A DNA stretch of 64,000 bases from Chiloscyllium plagiosum (GCF_004010195.1 NC_057719.1:77193339-77257338); one strand, 5' to 3'; shown: positions 13,212 through 28,071, counted from the first letter of the stretch. Made by a program: numbers and translations. Notes: generated by a model not told the origin, from the letters alone.

Positions 13212-14695
13212 TGCTGTGGACCAGGCCACCCCCAGCCCCATATATCAAAGCAATATCGTAGACCCTAATGTTTATCTTAAAGGCAAGTGTAAGGTGCTGT
13301 GTTCCAGATGTAATTCAATTGGTTACACTACTCAGCTTTAAACAGCACATTTTATTCTTACCCTATAGTTAAAACACAAACAAACGAAAGAACAGTACAC
13401 CACAGGAGCAGGCCCTTCAGCCCATCAAGCCTGCGTAGATTCCTAATCTTTATTTAGACCTACTATTTAGTGAAAATACACAGCTTCTATCCCCTCTATT
13501 TGCTTCTCATTCATGTGTCTATCAAGATGTCCCTTAAACATTGCTAATGTGCCTGCTTCTACCACTGTCACTGGCAGTGCAATCGGGGCACTCCCCACCC
13601 TCTGTGTGAAAAAGTTTCCTCACATTTCTCCCCTTAACTGGCCCATCTCACCTTGAACCTGTGCCATTTTGTAGTTGATCTTTCCACCCTGGGAAGAAAG
13701 CCTGACTGTCTACCCTATCTGTGCCCCTCACAATTTTATAGAACTGGATAACTTAATTCTGTTGGAAAGCTGAAAGGAATAACAGGTTATTGAAAACTAA
13801 ACAGCAACTGTTCCAATATAATTACATCCCTTGGCAAAGGCAAATTCATCTAAAATAGATTATCTCATATGCAATGTTTCTCCAGTCTAGGAGGGAAAAA
13901 AACATCAAGAGAAAATTCTGGCAGAGAGAGAGAACTGCTGAAACTGAGAAAGAGTTTTGCTGTAGAAGGGAAAGATGTCTGGCAGCTTCAAAACCCCAGG
14001 AACTACTGAAAGTTAAACTAAAACCCTGGTTCTGTTGGAGCATGACTCCATCCATTTATGCTGCTTGTATGCTCCAACATGCCTCACAAACTGTTTATTG
14101 GCTTGGAACAGACCGCTCACTACCTCTGTCTCAACCTCTCTTCATAAAGTAAAGGACAAAATACACTGCTCAAAGCCATAGTATTGTCACACCTCCCCCT
14201 TTAAAAGAAGATCCATCAATATACAAAGATGGCTTCATTTTTGAAACCCTTTAGTCTTACACTATTAGTACAACATTGACCCTAAGCATGTAAACATTCA
14301 GTACATTACAATACATAACAATCAGTTTCTTCCATCACCGACATCTTCTTCATCCTTCATCAAAGTTGCGACAAGCATTGACAGTTACGTTCTCTTGTCC
14401 TGTTACCTGCATAATTGCCAAATTGAATGGCTGTAACTGTAAACTCCATGTAAACAGTCTGGTTTTTTTACCTCTTAATTTTCAAAAAACATTAAGAGTT
14501 TGTGATCAGTATATATATTCATCTCTGATACATTACCAGCAACATAAGTGTTGAAATTTTGTATTGTCAATGCAAAACTCAAGGTCTCCTTCTCAATTGT
14601 GGAATATTTTAGTTGATGAATACTCAGCTTTCTAAAAAAAAACATCCAGTAGATCTTTCTATCTTCTCATAGTTATCTTGCAAGAGTACAGCACA
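13212..14695 (-). mobile_element. 5'-truncated Gmr1-type Gypsy remnant: RNase H + PPT + 3' LTR (LTR 13212-14191, interrupted by a LINE 3' tail about 13388-13745)
   Basis: Minus strand reads VLLQD, YSTIEKETL, IYTDH, RLFTWSLQLQPFNL, then AAAGGGGGAGG|TGTGACA; LTR ends GGCCTGGTCCACAGCA, like the 39.9-45.8 kb element. Confidence 0.8.
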
Positions 14696-14829
14696 GGGTT
14701 ACAAGGAAAGGGCAGGAAAGTGGATGTGAGGAATATCAGATCAGCCATGATCCTATTGAATGGTGGAGGAGGTTCAAGAGGCTGAACAGCCAACTCCTGT
14801 TCCTATTTCTTATCATCTTATGGTCTTGG

Positions 14830-15930
14830 CAGTTGTATGGCACAAATGTTAAGCAATGACCATCTCCAATAAGAGACAATCTTATCACCACTCCTTGATG
14901 GCAATGCCATCACTGAATCCTTCAGAATCAAATCCTGGGGGATTATCATTGATCAGAAACTGAACTGGACTCACCATATAAATACACTGGCTGCAAGAAC
15001 AGGTCAGAGGGTAGGAATACAGAGAGTAACTTGCCTTCTGACTCCCCAAAGCTAGTCCCCAAGGCATTAGTCAGGAGTGTAGTGGAATACAGTTCAGTTG
15101 CTTGGATAAGTGTAGCTCCAACAACGTTCAAGAAGCTTGACACCTTCAGGATGAAGCAACACATTTCATTGGTACCACATCCATAACCATCTATTCCATC
15201 CACCACCAATACTCATTCACAGCAGTGTTTACTTGTCCAAGATGCACTGCTGAAATTTACCAAAGTTCCTTAGATAGCACCTTTTAAGCCCACAACTACT
15301 ACCATCTAGAAGGACAGCAAGAAGAGATACTTGGGAGCAGCAAGTTCCCCTCCTAGCCACTCACCGTCCTGCCTTGGAGAAATATTGCCTTTCCTTCAGT
15401 GCAGAGGTGGGGAACCTTTTCATGTTGAAAGGCCGCATTATGTTAGTCGTAATCTAATAAGGCCGCATCCAAGAAACTTCAATTATATATTCTTAAAAAT
15501 TCACGTTATTTTGTAAAAATCTAACTACTATGTACTAACTAACTAAAAAAAATGAAAAAAAAGTGTTAATTCTAAAGTTAACTCTCTGGTATTTTAAATA
15601 CACTCATTTTAAGATTAAAATAAAAATAATAAAGGACAAAAAAAACATATTAATAAAAGATTTGTTCTGCAAAATTTAGATTCATTCAAAAGGCCACACA
15701 CAATGGCCTAGAAGGCCGTATGCGGCCTGAAAGCCACAGATTCCCCACCCATGCTTCAGTGTCTCGAGGTCAAAATCCTGGAATTCCCTCACACAGGTCA
15801 TAGTGGGTCTACCTGAAGCACATGGACAGCTTCAGTTTGAGAGACAGTTCAGCACCATCTCTGAAGGGAAACTAGAGATTGGCATTAAATGCTAGCCAGC
15901 AAATGACCCCCACATTCTGAGTGAATCAAA
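14830..15930 (+). mobile_element. Old non-LTR retrotransposon 3' fragment (host of the hAT MITE); related fragment on the - strand at about 7640-8030
   Basis: Remnants 'LG..IDQKLNWTHHINTLAAR' and 'SVVEYSSVAWIS'; clade not assigned. Confidence 0.55.
15402..15753. mobile_element. Non-autonomous hAT (Charlie/MER30-like) MITE
   Basis: Imperfect TIRs CAGAGGTGGGGAACCT / AGATTCCCCACCCATG; perfect 8-bp TSD CTTCAGTG at 15394-15401 and 15754-15761; subterminal GGCCGCA motifs. Confidence 0.88.
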
Positions 15931-17070
15931 CACAATTGACACAGCATTTGCAACTTTAGCATATGTCTCCTATGTAGAAAGATGGTCCTTTGAACTGGTA
16001 GGATAATTATTTCACTGACCAACTCCACCAAACACAGTGCCCTTTTAAGCCTTATGGAAAAGCAGAGTAAGGAACTCGACATAATTTTTAGAAATTGTCG
16101 CTACTGCTTCGAGGAGTATTCATGGGAGTTGGCTGGCTCAGGCAGCTGGACAGCTAGTTTGCAATGCAAATAATGCCAACTGCAACACTGAGGTAACCAT
16201 GAAGAACTCCCCTTCTCAATCTTTCCACTTGACTGGTGTGTGATGACTCTCACATTAAACCACCACCTGTCATCGCTTTCTCTCTCTAATGAAAGAGTGC
16301 CCCTATGTTCTGGTACAGCGATGGTGACTTCACCTTTACATAGGGTACTGTTTTAGAAACTGAAATGGATCTTGTTTCAGATTTTCCTGCCACAGAAAAT
16401 ATCCATAGATTTTGAATTTGAAACAGGAAATGGTACAGTTTTGTACAGAGATTGTTCATGTTTGCAAGGATCAACAACTTGTGCGTAGGACAGTACAGTA
16501 CTTTCAATATAATCTGCATCACCTGTGTAGGTTTTTGTAGCTCTCGGAACAGCCATCATATCAATAAATCACTTCAAACGTTTGGAATTTGACAGCCACC
16601 TCTTAACAAATATTTATTTTCAAAAGATAGACATGTGACAAGTATTTATACTGTGCTGAATCACACCCACAGCATTTTGCTTTCATAGCAGTATTTCTTT
16701 TGCTGACGATGCTTTCACCCAATTAGACTGAAACTCATATGTTAGTAGCAAAGACCTGTCAGAGTGCTGGAGAATTCATTGACCACAAAGAAGCCACCTA
16801 CTGATGGAAGCTGGCTTTCATGACATTGTATTGGTCTAACTACTTAAGGCTCGTGTCAGCAGCTCCTCTGTATGCACAAACATACATGAAGACGCTTTAA
16901 GATTTAAAACATGGCAGGTTGTGTAGTGTACATTATTGTCACTAAATGCAAAAAGAGTCACTGACTATCAAAAAGAGCTGCTGAATTTGTGCAAAAATGT
17001 TGTGTAATATCTTGTCAGACTCTTAAACCTAAAGTGAAGAGCAAGAGCTAGAGAAAGAACTAATGAGTGA

Positions 17071-17391
<321 letters not shown>

Positions 17392-18917
17392 TAAGCGCTG
17401 TAGCACTGAAAATTGGATATTTTCAAATAAAAAGGTTTGATATACCTTGTAATGCAAATAATGCAAAATGTAATCAAGTAATGCAAAATGACAAAAGTCA
17501 ATGTATTCCAGATGAATGTAGGATGTGAACAAAGTATTGTTTCCCAGTTGAAACTAACATTGTTCCCTCTTGAGTTAGATAAATATTAACCTTTCATTTC
17601 AAAATGAGATTTCACAGTTTTACTCTGTATTAGCTGAGTTTCCCTGATCTGGAACTTTGTGATGTGTCCAAATCAACTAATTAATGCAACCCTTACCTTG
17701 ATGAATACACACAAGTTTGTCAAAATAAATTTCTCTGTTAATAGTCATTAATTACAATAATGCTGGTTCCCTGTCATCATGCTACCATGATGTGCAAGTG
17801 CCAGTATTGGACTGGGGTGGACAAAGTTAAAAATTACATAACACCAGGTTACAGTCTAACAGGTTTATTTGAAAGTATAAGCCACCAGTTTTAGACAGTG
17901 CAAGGTTGTTTGCAGCAAGTGGGTTAGGGTTGGCATTTTTGCAATGTCAGTGGATGGGTTCTATCCAGAGACCCAGGCTAAGGTTCTGTGGACATGGGTT
18001 TGAAATCCACCATTGTAGATCATGTAATTTAAAAACAGTATCAATATGGAATTAAATATCCATGTCTAGTGCCAATAATATAATTATTATTTTAAAAAAC
18101 ATATGGTGCATTAGTGTCCTTGAGGGAAGGAAATCTGCCATACTTACCTAATCAGGTCTCCATGTGACTTCAGACCCATAGCAATGTGGTTGACTCTTAA
18201 CTACTTTCAGAATTGCAAACCCACCATACTCAAGGGAAATAGGGATGGGCAATAAATCCTGGCACAACCAGTGATGCCACATGCCATTTTAAAATGTTAT
18301 GGAAATAAATTTGAGTTTGAATCAACCCAGTCCAGGTGATCCACTACCAAGTTAACAGAAAAATGGATGATTTAATAATATAAATTTATGATACCGACAA
18401 TATTGCCACTAATATTTCAGTGCATGAAGTTAGAACAACTGACTCTCATTTATCAAAGCAAATCTTATGTGGAGACATTGAGTCTGAGGTACACTCACAT
18501 GGTAGTCAAAGGAAGTGCTACGAGGACTCTCTGGAAGTTTGATATCGACCTCAAGTTCTGAGTGAACCTCTGATGGGATCACTGCACCTGCTGTAACCAA
18601 ATTTAAAAAATGGTACAGCTTCCTTTTTTTTAATTGGTGGATATCAGAGCCAGAGAGAAGATGTAAAAAGAGGAAACCCTGAGCCAGCAACTTGCCAGAA
18701 ACTCGACAGTCTTTTCCTATCTGCAGCAGAACCTTTCAGGTGCAGACCAGCCTTAACACTCAACTGCGAACACCCCAGGTCATGCACGTGACCATCTTAG
18801 CTTGAATGACGAAGAAGAACATGATCTAATTGTTTTCAGTGCCAAACGTTTGCAGTCAGCATTGACATTAGTAAAATGTTTTGCACTCATATGAAGTTAT
18901 GTTGCTTTTTGGGCAAA

Positions 18918-19785
18918 TAGAGTCATAGAGATGTACAACACGGAAACAGACCCTTCGGTCCAATCCGTCCATGCCGACCAGATATCCCAACCCAATCTAG
19001 TCCCGCCTGCCAGCACCCGGCCCATATCCCTCCAAACCCTTCCTATTCATATACCCATCCAAATGCCTCTTAAATGTTGCAATTGTACCAGCCTTCACCA
19101 CATCCTCTGGCAGCTCATTCCATACANNNNNNNNNNNNNNNNNNNNNNNNNNNNNNNNNNNNNNNNNNNNNNNNNNNNNNNNNNNNNNNNNNNNNNNNNN
19201 NNNNNNNNNNNNNNNNNNNNNNNNNNNNNNNNNNNNNNNNNNNNNNNNNNNNNNNNNNNNNNNNNNNNNNNNNNNNNNNNNNNNNNNNNNNNNNNNNNNN
19301 NNNNNNNNNNNNNNNNNNNNNNNNNNNNNNNNNNNNNNNNNNNNNNNNNNNNNNNNNNNNNNNNNNNNNNNNNNNNNNNNNNNNNNNNNNNNNNNNNNNN
19401 NNNNNNNNNNNNNNNNNNNNNNNNNNNNNNNNNNNNNNNNNNNNNNNNNNNNNNNNNNNNNNNNNNNNNNNNNNNNNNNGATTGGCTTTCCCAAAATGCA
19501 GTACCTCGCATTTATCTGAATTAAACTCCATCTGCCACTTCTCAGCCCATTGGCTCATCTGGTCCAGATCCTGTTGTAATCTGAGGTAACCCTCTTCGCT
19601 GTCCACTACACCTCCAATTTTGGTGTCATCCGCAAATTTATTAATTGTACCTCTTATGTTCGCATCCAAATCATTTATTTAAATGACAAAAAGTAGAGGA
19701 CCCAGCACCGATCCTTGTGGCACTCCACTAGTCACAGGTCTACAGTCTGAAAAACAATCCTCCACCACCACCCTCTGTCTTCTAC
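18918..19785 (-). mobile_element. Young CR1/HER1-type LINE 3' fragment spanning the gap
   Basis: KFADDTKIGGVVDSEEGYLRLQQDLDQMSQWAEKWQMEFN and VWNELPEDVVKAGTIATFKRHLD. Confidence 0.9.
19127..19479. other. Assembly gap
   Basis: Run of N. Confidence 1.
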
Positions 19786-20039
19786 ATATTCGCAGTACTT
19801 GGCACAAACCTTGGAGAGGAAAAAGATGATGGAAATACTGAAGCTGATTTTAAGGCAGATGAGTTTAATTCTAACTATTAATTCTAATGAATAATAATTA
19901 GTAATAGTTGGCTGTTTAGTTAGTGTGTCCAAACATGGTAGAAATTGTGTTGTCACTTTATCTATTGAATCACAAACCAGTGCAGGTTTCCAGAGGGAAC
20001 AGATGTAAGAGAAATAAGTCTCGAATACAGATAATGCTG

Positions 20040-20199
20040 AGTCGAAAAGTGTGGCACTGGAAAAGCACAGCAGGTCAGGCAGCATCCCGATGAAGGACTC
20101 TTACCTGAAACATTAATTCTCCTACACCTCAGATGCTGCCTGACCTGCTGTGCTTTTCCAACACTTTTCGACTCTGATCTGCAGTCCTCACTTTCTCTA
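20040..20199. mobile_element. Penelope-derived fold-back, family A (older)
   Basis: Inverted arms; TSD ACAGATAATGCTG at 20027-20039 and 20200-20212; degenerate hammerhead core. Confidence 0.8.
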
Positions 20200-20374
20200 A
20201 CAGATAATGCTGTCAATGGTAGCTGAGAATATGGCAGAAATAGCTATCATTCACTCCAGTCCTTTTTCTTTTCTGAACCAGATCTGTAGACAATGCATGT
20301 GAGATATCTCTATTATGTATGTTAGAATGACAGAAGGTGACATCTTCTTGCTGAAGAAGCACTAATACAAGTAA

Positions 20375-20662
<288 letters not shown>

Positions 20663-21300
20663 TAGGCTAATATTCACTGTGGTGCAGTGACTGCATATTA
20701 ATTGTAATGGATTTCATTTCTCTGATAGAGCATTGCCAGTGTGTTAAGTAGTGAACTGTCAGAAAAAACTCTGAACTTGCTAGATGTTTCAGCAGCTGTT
20801 GATGCAGCTTAATTTCAAGGGCAAATATTTACTGACATTCACCCAAAATATGCATTAGACCCTTTAAATCAATCATGCCATATTAAAATTGACACCTCAA
20901 CAGTCCAGCCAGTATGTTAGAGGCAATGCCATCAGGTAGGCTAGTAATCTAGAGGCTCAGACTATTAGTTTTTGTACATGGGTTCAAACTCCCCCATGGC
21001 GCTTGAGCAATTTTACTTCATTTCATAAATATGGAGTTTGATCGTCATAAAAACACACCTGATACACTAATATCGCTTAAAAAAGAAAATTTGTCCTCAT
21101 TATCTGCTTTGGCCCACCTGTGACTCGAGAACCTCAACAATGTTATGGACTTTCAAATGTTCTCTTATGTGGCCTAGTAATCCACTCAGTTGTATCAAAC
21201 TGTTATGAAATCTACGAAAAGGAATGAACCTGGATAGACAACTTGCAGCAATTCATGCACTGGAAATGACAGTGTCAAATGTAAGGGGAGGTGGGTATTG

Positions 21301-23691
21301 CAGCATGAATGGATAAGGAAAGAATTAAGACAAAGAGCAACCCCGCAAACTTTTTTTTTAAAAATGTGCTACACGAATCAGACAGAGGTTGTGGTCTAAG
21401 TTGTTGAACTCAGTGTTGAGTCCAAAAAGCTGTAGAATACTGGCTCGAAAGGTAAGTTTGCTGTTCCTCGAGATCACTGGATCACTGCAGCAAGCTGTGG
21501 ACAGAAAGATCAGCATAGGAGTAAAGCACAGAACAAAAATGACAAGCAACACGAAGCTCAGAGTCATGTTCGTAAATTAAAGTGTTTAAATGAGCAGAAA
21601 TGTGGACTGCGGTTTCCCAAATGCGAAGGAGACTACATTAGCAGTGAATATAGAACGCTAAATTTAAAGAACTTCATGAAAACACTGATTCAGCTGTAGG
21701 AATATTTGAGGGGTTAAAAGGCTAGATTGCACAGAAAGACACCACATGGAGGGAAGGCTTTTTTAGGGCTGTTTGAAGAGTAACTTTAGATCACAACCTC
21801 TGCCTCCAATTTACCAGGTTATTCCAACATTTTCTGTTCATGTCTCAGATTTCCAGCATCCAGAGTATTTTGTTTGTGTTTTAGCGTTCTGCTGGTGTTG
21901 AAGACCATATTATACTTTGGCCAGCATCATTAAAACAGATTATCTGATTATTATCTCATCGTTGCAGGTGGAATCTGGCAATGCACAAAGTGGCTCCTGC
22001 CTCTCACTTTAAAAGTACCCAGCTTGTTCTAAAGTAGTTTGTAACGGCCTGAGATTCTGCAAGTTATAGAGTCATGGAGTAATGCAGCTTGGAAACAGAC
22101 CCTTTTGTCCCTGAGAAAGCACAGCAGGTCAGGCAGTATCCGAGGAGCAGGAAAATCGACGTTTCGGGCAAAATCTAGCCTTGCAAATTCCTCTTTGGTG
22201 GTTTGGTAATAAGAACCTGAGTGTTGCTGAAAACAGACACCTTTTGCCAAAGCTTATTGTCTTAGCTTGATGAGTGCAAGATGAATAGCTTCAACAGAAT
22301 GCGTCTTTTTCAGCAATATTCATATTCTCTTTGATAACATCTGGGGCCCTTTTCCACGACCCACAGAATCATACTTAGAGTCCCAAATTGCACCATCACC
22401 ATCTCTGATTACACCCTATCTCACTAGCAGGACAAGTTCAGCAGAGGTGGCAGCTTAATTGTATAGAGTTGGACATTGCCCTGAAAGTTCTTGACATTGA
22501 ATGTGGGCCTGCATGAAGTCTAATGACATTAGGGCAAACGTGCTGTAATTACCACCTACTGTCTTGCCTGTATTCCAAAGTAGATACAAATGATCCTATT
22601 GCACTGCTTTAAAGAAGTTCTCTAAGTTGCATGACCATTCATCGCCTGTGCAGAGAAATAGATATGTAATTGCTTTTAAACAAATGTGGCAGGGGTCAGA
22701 AAAAAACAAAGGAGCAAGTCTGTGACAGATTTGATGCTCGGCGTATTAAATAACAAAAGATTTTATGATGGAACAGCTAAAAGGAGTGGTAATGGACAAG
22801 ATAAACAACCAAAGATAGTGACCAAATGAGTCGTGAATGGCTAAATGGCCATAAAAACTATCTGAATACAGCATGAATGGATAAGGAAAGAATTAAGACA
22901 AAGAGCAACCCCGCAACCTTTTTTTTAAAAAATGTGCTACACGAATCAGACAGAGGTTGTGGTCTAAGTTGTTGAACTCCGTGTTGAGTCCAAAAAGCTG
23001 TAGAATACTGGCTCGAAAGGTAAGTTTGCTGTTCCTCGAGATCACTGGATCACTGCAGCAAGCTGTGGACAGAAAGATCAGCATAGGAGTAAAGCACAGA
23101 ACAAAAATGACAAGCAACACGAAGCTCAGAGTCATGTTCGTAAATTAGTGTTTAAATGAGCAGAAATGTGGACTGCGGTTTCCCAAATGCGAAGGAGACT
23201 ACATTAGCAGTGAATATAGAACGCTAAATTTAAAGAACTTCATGAAAACACTGATTCAGCTGTAGGAATATTTGCAGCCTTGGATAGTGAGGGGTTAAAA
23301 GGCTAGATTGCACAGAAAGACGCCACATGGAGGGAAGGCTTTTTTAGGGCTGTTTGAAGAGTAACTTTAGATCACAACCTCTGCCTCTAATTTACCAGGT
23401 TATTCCAACATTTTCTGTTCATGTCTCAGATTTCCAGCATCCAGAGTATTTTGTTTGTGTTTTAGCGTTCTGCTGGTGTCGAAGACCATATTATACTTTG
23501 GCCAGCATCATTAAAACAGATTATCTGATTATTATCTCATCGTTGCAGGTGGAATCTGGCAATGCACAAAGTGGCTCCTGCCTCTCACTTTAAAAGTACC
23601 CAGCTTGTTCTAAAGTAGTTTGTAACGGCCTGAGATTCTGCAAGTTATAGAGTCATGGAGTAATGCAGCTTGGAAACAGACCCTTTTGTCC
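21301..23691 (+). repeat. Near-identical direct duplication (21301-22110 and 22869-23691)
   Basis: About 810 bp; only a few substitutions and short indels; duplicate ORFs in the track. Confidence 0.95.
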
Positions 23692-24455
23692 AACCAGTCC
23701 ATCCCAAACATTATCCCAAACTGAACTAGTCCCACCTGCCTGCTGCTGGCCCATATCCCTCCAAACCTCTCCTATTCATGTATCTATTCAAATGTCTTTT
23801 AAATAACATAAGAAGTAGGAGCAGGAGTAGGCCATCCGGCCCTTCAAACCTGCTCTGCCATTCAACAAGATCATGGCTGATCTTTTTGTGGATTCAGATC
23901 CACTTAACTGCACTCTTATCATATCCCTTAATTCCCTTATTTATCAAAAAAACCTCCCTTAGCTGTAAAAACTGTCAACTCCTTCCTTAAGCAAGGAATT
24001 CCATAGATTAAAAACCGTCTGGGTGAAGAAGTTCCTTTTCAATTCAGTCCAAAATCTGCTTCCCCTAATTTTGAAGCTATGCCCTCTTGCCCTCGCTTCA
24101 CCTGCCAGTGGAAACAATCTCTCTATTTCTACCTTATCTATTCCCTTCATAATTTTATATGTTTCTATAAGATTCTCCATTCAATCTGCTGAATTCCAAT
24201 GAATATAATTCCACTCTACTCAGTCTTTCCTCATAAGGCAACCCCCTCAACTCCGGAATTAACCTAGTGAACCTCTGCACACAATACTCCAGGTGTGGCC
24301 TCACCAGCACCTTGTACAGCTGTAACGTAACCACCTTGCTTTTAAACTCAATCCCTTTAGCAATGGAGGACAAAATTCCATTTGCCTTCCTAATTACTTG
24401 TTGTACCTGCAGATCAATGTTGCCATCCACCACTTTCTCAGGAAGTTCATTCCAC
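23648..24455 (-). mobile_element. Nested CR1-type LINE fragments
   Basis: KANGILSSIAKGIEFKSK...LYKVLVRPHLEYCVQ; LIETYKIMKGIDKV. Confidence 0.85.
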
Positions 24456-26070
24456 ATGTATAAAAATGTTGCCTGTTATGTAAAAATATTATTTTAGTAA
24501 ACTATAGTGACTGGAATAACATTTTTAAAAAACTGTAATAGATCTTTAACTAAACCTGCAATCCCAATAGCAGCTGCAAGATCCACGCTGCTCCTCAAGC
24601 TTCACCACTTGTGGAATGTTGTTGTATAAATACAAGTCACTCTTTCCTGGGTAATAGACTTTAGAGGGCGTCTCTTTTCAGTTTAAAGATATGCAGATTT
24701 TGTAATTGGTTCATTTATAGATATGATGACCAATTATTTTTTGGAATAGGGCTGGCAGCAATGAATTTTGAAGAAGGTAAGGCAACTGCTGAGGGATACA
24801 TGAGAAAAGCATAATCTGAAGTGGGACTGCATCAAATAAATAAATGATAAATTTCTTAACTCTTGCAGTTTGTAAGGGAGGGAGGTAGAAAGAGGAGTAA
24901 ATGTTTATGGAGTTTGCTTATCTATTGTAAATATCAAATTAAAATCTTGATTCCAGCTTGAATTTCCCATAAAATAAACCTTGCCTTCCATGTCATATTT
25001 TTACCACAAGAACATTTTTATAGGGCCTTAAATGTAGTAAAAAATAACCCACAGTGCTTCATAAAGGTGAATGGGGAAAACTGGCTACACAGCCTAAGGA
25101 AGTATGAGGCAAGCTGATGAAAAGAGGTAACTTTTAAGGAAGTTTCTTAAAGCTTACCAGGGTGGTGGAATGGCAGAAGTATTTATGGAGTGAAACTCAA
25201 AGTGTGGGACTTCAGCAGCCCTGAATTATCAAAGGGGAGGGGGAGGTGAGTTGTACAGAGGATGGAATCAAAGATGGTAAGAGTTTATGAGCTCCAACCT
25301 TACTGCCATGTGAATAGATTGAGAGGGGCAAAGACATGGAGGGATTTAAAAAGGCAAACATAAATTTTAACTTTGAGACACTGGACAATGGGGAGAAAGG
25401 TGAACCTTTGGATTGTTTCATTATAGTTTTCACCAATGCCTCAGCTTCTTTCAAAATCTGGGCTTGGATCTGATATTTAAAGAAGGACATTGCTGCAATT
25501 TGAACAAGTGGATGATTACCAGCTGCATCAATTGAATTTTAATTTGTGTCTGCTACAATTGTTTGAAGAACAACTTCAGGATCAGCTTCAAGTCATTAAT
25601 TAAAGAAACATTTTTTTTATTTACGTGTAGGTGAAGCCTGTTGTCTTGAGCAAAGGACAAAGAAAAAGATGTCCATATTGATTTCTTAAGCTTGAGATGA
25701 TGTTTGAATTATTCTCTATACCTGCAGATTTCCTTTAAGGCTGTGCAATAGAAAGAAACCAGAATGAGTTTCCTCCTCATTTTGAATTATTTTCTGAAGA
25801 CCAAATTGTTGAATACTGAAATCCATTCAACACTGTATCCAGCATAATTACGTTTGCGATTATCACTAGATTTAAAAATGTAACGATCCATTAGTTAAGG
25901 CACTATTCCAGGAGGATGGTTCCTTAAAATAATTTGTGACTAATTGTTGATGAGAGATTTATTACAAGACTAATATAGAAGTAATTGCATATCAAAATTC
26001 TCTTTTAAAATTTACTCTTGCAAAATATATCATAGTTTAATTGAGTTCAGAATCTGAGTTGATTCTGTAA

Positions 26071-26556
<486 letters not shown>

Positions 26557-27758
26557 TAAATATTCTGTTCCTCACAAGGTGGAGATGAAATAATTTTTTT
26601 AATGTTTTACTCCACTTAAGTCTGTATTTTAGAGCCACCCAAAAAATGCCACTCTAGGTGAAGACCTCTGAGTCTTGAATCCAACTGAGAAAGCCAAAAT
26701 AATTTTGTTTTAAATGTGTTTACTTTATCATTAGCTGATGTTACAGGAAAGGGTTGCTTTACTGCTGTTGTCTCAATAATAGATAAATATTAAACTGGTA
26801 TAGGTCTTTTAGTATCTGCAGCATGAAGATAATGAGAATTTTGACAGTTAGAGCCATGAATTGCTCACAAGGGTCCGTTCTTTACGAGCACAAGTCAGAC
26901 GTTTAGGCTATGCCTCATGTAGATTATTGGACCTTCACAGATCGGATTCTCACAACTCCCTCCCTACATAATCATCTCATTTAACTCCATACATATGTGG
27001 GCATATCAGTCTGATGCACTTACTTGGGGAGAGAACAAATTGCAAAAGTTAATACAACAAAAGATGTGTTAAAGTTGGGCAGGTATTAGGGAGCATGTTT
27101 CCTCATGTATATTTTACTGTACTGAGCTACCAATCTACATTTATCTATCCAACTAAAACATTCTTGTTATTCTTTCACGTCTGGGACCACAGTTTTACAT
27201 GTAATTCACATATCAGAATTGTAGAAAGCTGTCTATAAACAGGTATGGTTTACAAGAAACAGGAATCAATTAAAAGTATTTCAGCAATTTTTCATGTCCA
27301 ACTGGGCAATTTTTGTAAAAAATAGAAATGTTCAGTGAGTTTAACAATAGTCTCTACTGAGTCAAATGAACAGTCATAACAATCAGAATGGTTCAAATGC
27401 ATGGATTTAATATGGGGAAACTAATTGGGAAATATGAATGATTTTGTGCTACAGAAACAATTCTGAGTATTGTATCATGAGTCTCTGTGTAATTTAGTTT
27501 TTTGTGAAATTTTTTTAAAGAGGTAATGAAGCAGTTTGTAAATCTGACGTCTTTGAGATAATTTTACAGTTATCACTTGGGGGCAACTGAATGATCCATC
27601 CAATGGTCCTGGAATATTCTGTTCAAGTATTAGGCAACTAGGATGGTTGTGTTAAACTTTACAGTTTGTATGTTGATGTTGACTGGGTTTTTGTATTTAA
27701 ATTTGTTAGGTTTCTCTAAAAGCATGGTAAAAAATCACCAAGGCCATAAGATCTTTTG

Positions 27759-28071
27759 TAGATTAGATTAGATTAGATTACTTTACAGTGTGGAAACAGG
27801 CCCTTCGGCCCAACAAGTCCCACACCGACCCGCCGAAGCGCAAACCACCCATACCCCTACATTTACCCCAATACCTAACACTACCGGCAATTTAGCATGG
27901 CCAATTCACCTGACCTGCACATCTTTGGACTGTGGGAGGAAACCGGAGCACCCGGAGGAAACCCACGCAGACACGGGGAGAATGTGCAAACTCCACACAG
28001 TCAGTCGCCTGAGGCGGGAATTGAACCCGGGTCTCTGGTGCTTTGAGGCAGCAGTGCTAACCACTGTGCCC
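27759..28071 (-). mobile_element. HE1-type tRNA-derived SINE
   Basis: A/B-box head, central 'gtgtggagtttgcacattctccccgtgtctgcgtggg' domain, (TAATC)n tail. Confidence 0.88.

Noticed and set aside
18931..19669. Long ORFs of 138-197 aa in the track
   Set aside because: Artefacts of reading through the N gap; the real parts are LINE RT fragments
21358..23148. Identical duplicated small ORFs suggesting a gene pair
   Set aside because: By-product of the 810-bp duplication of repeat-derived sequence; no splice or homology support
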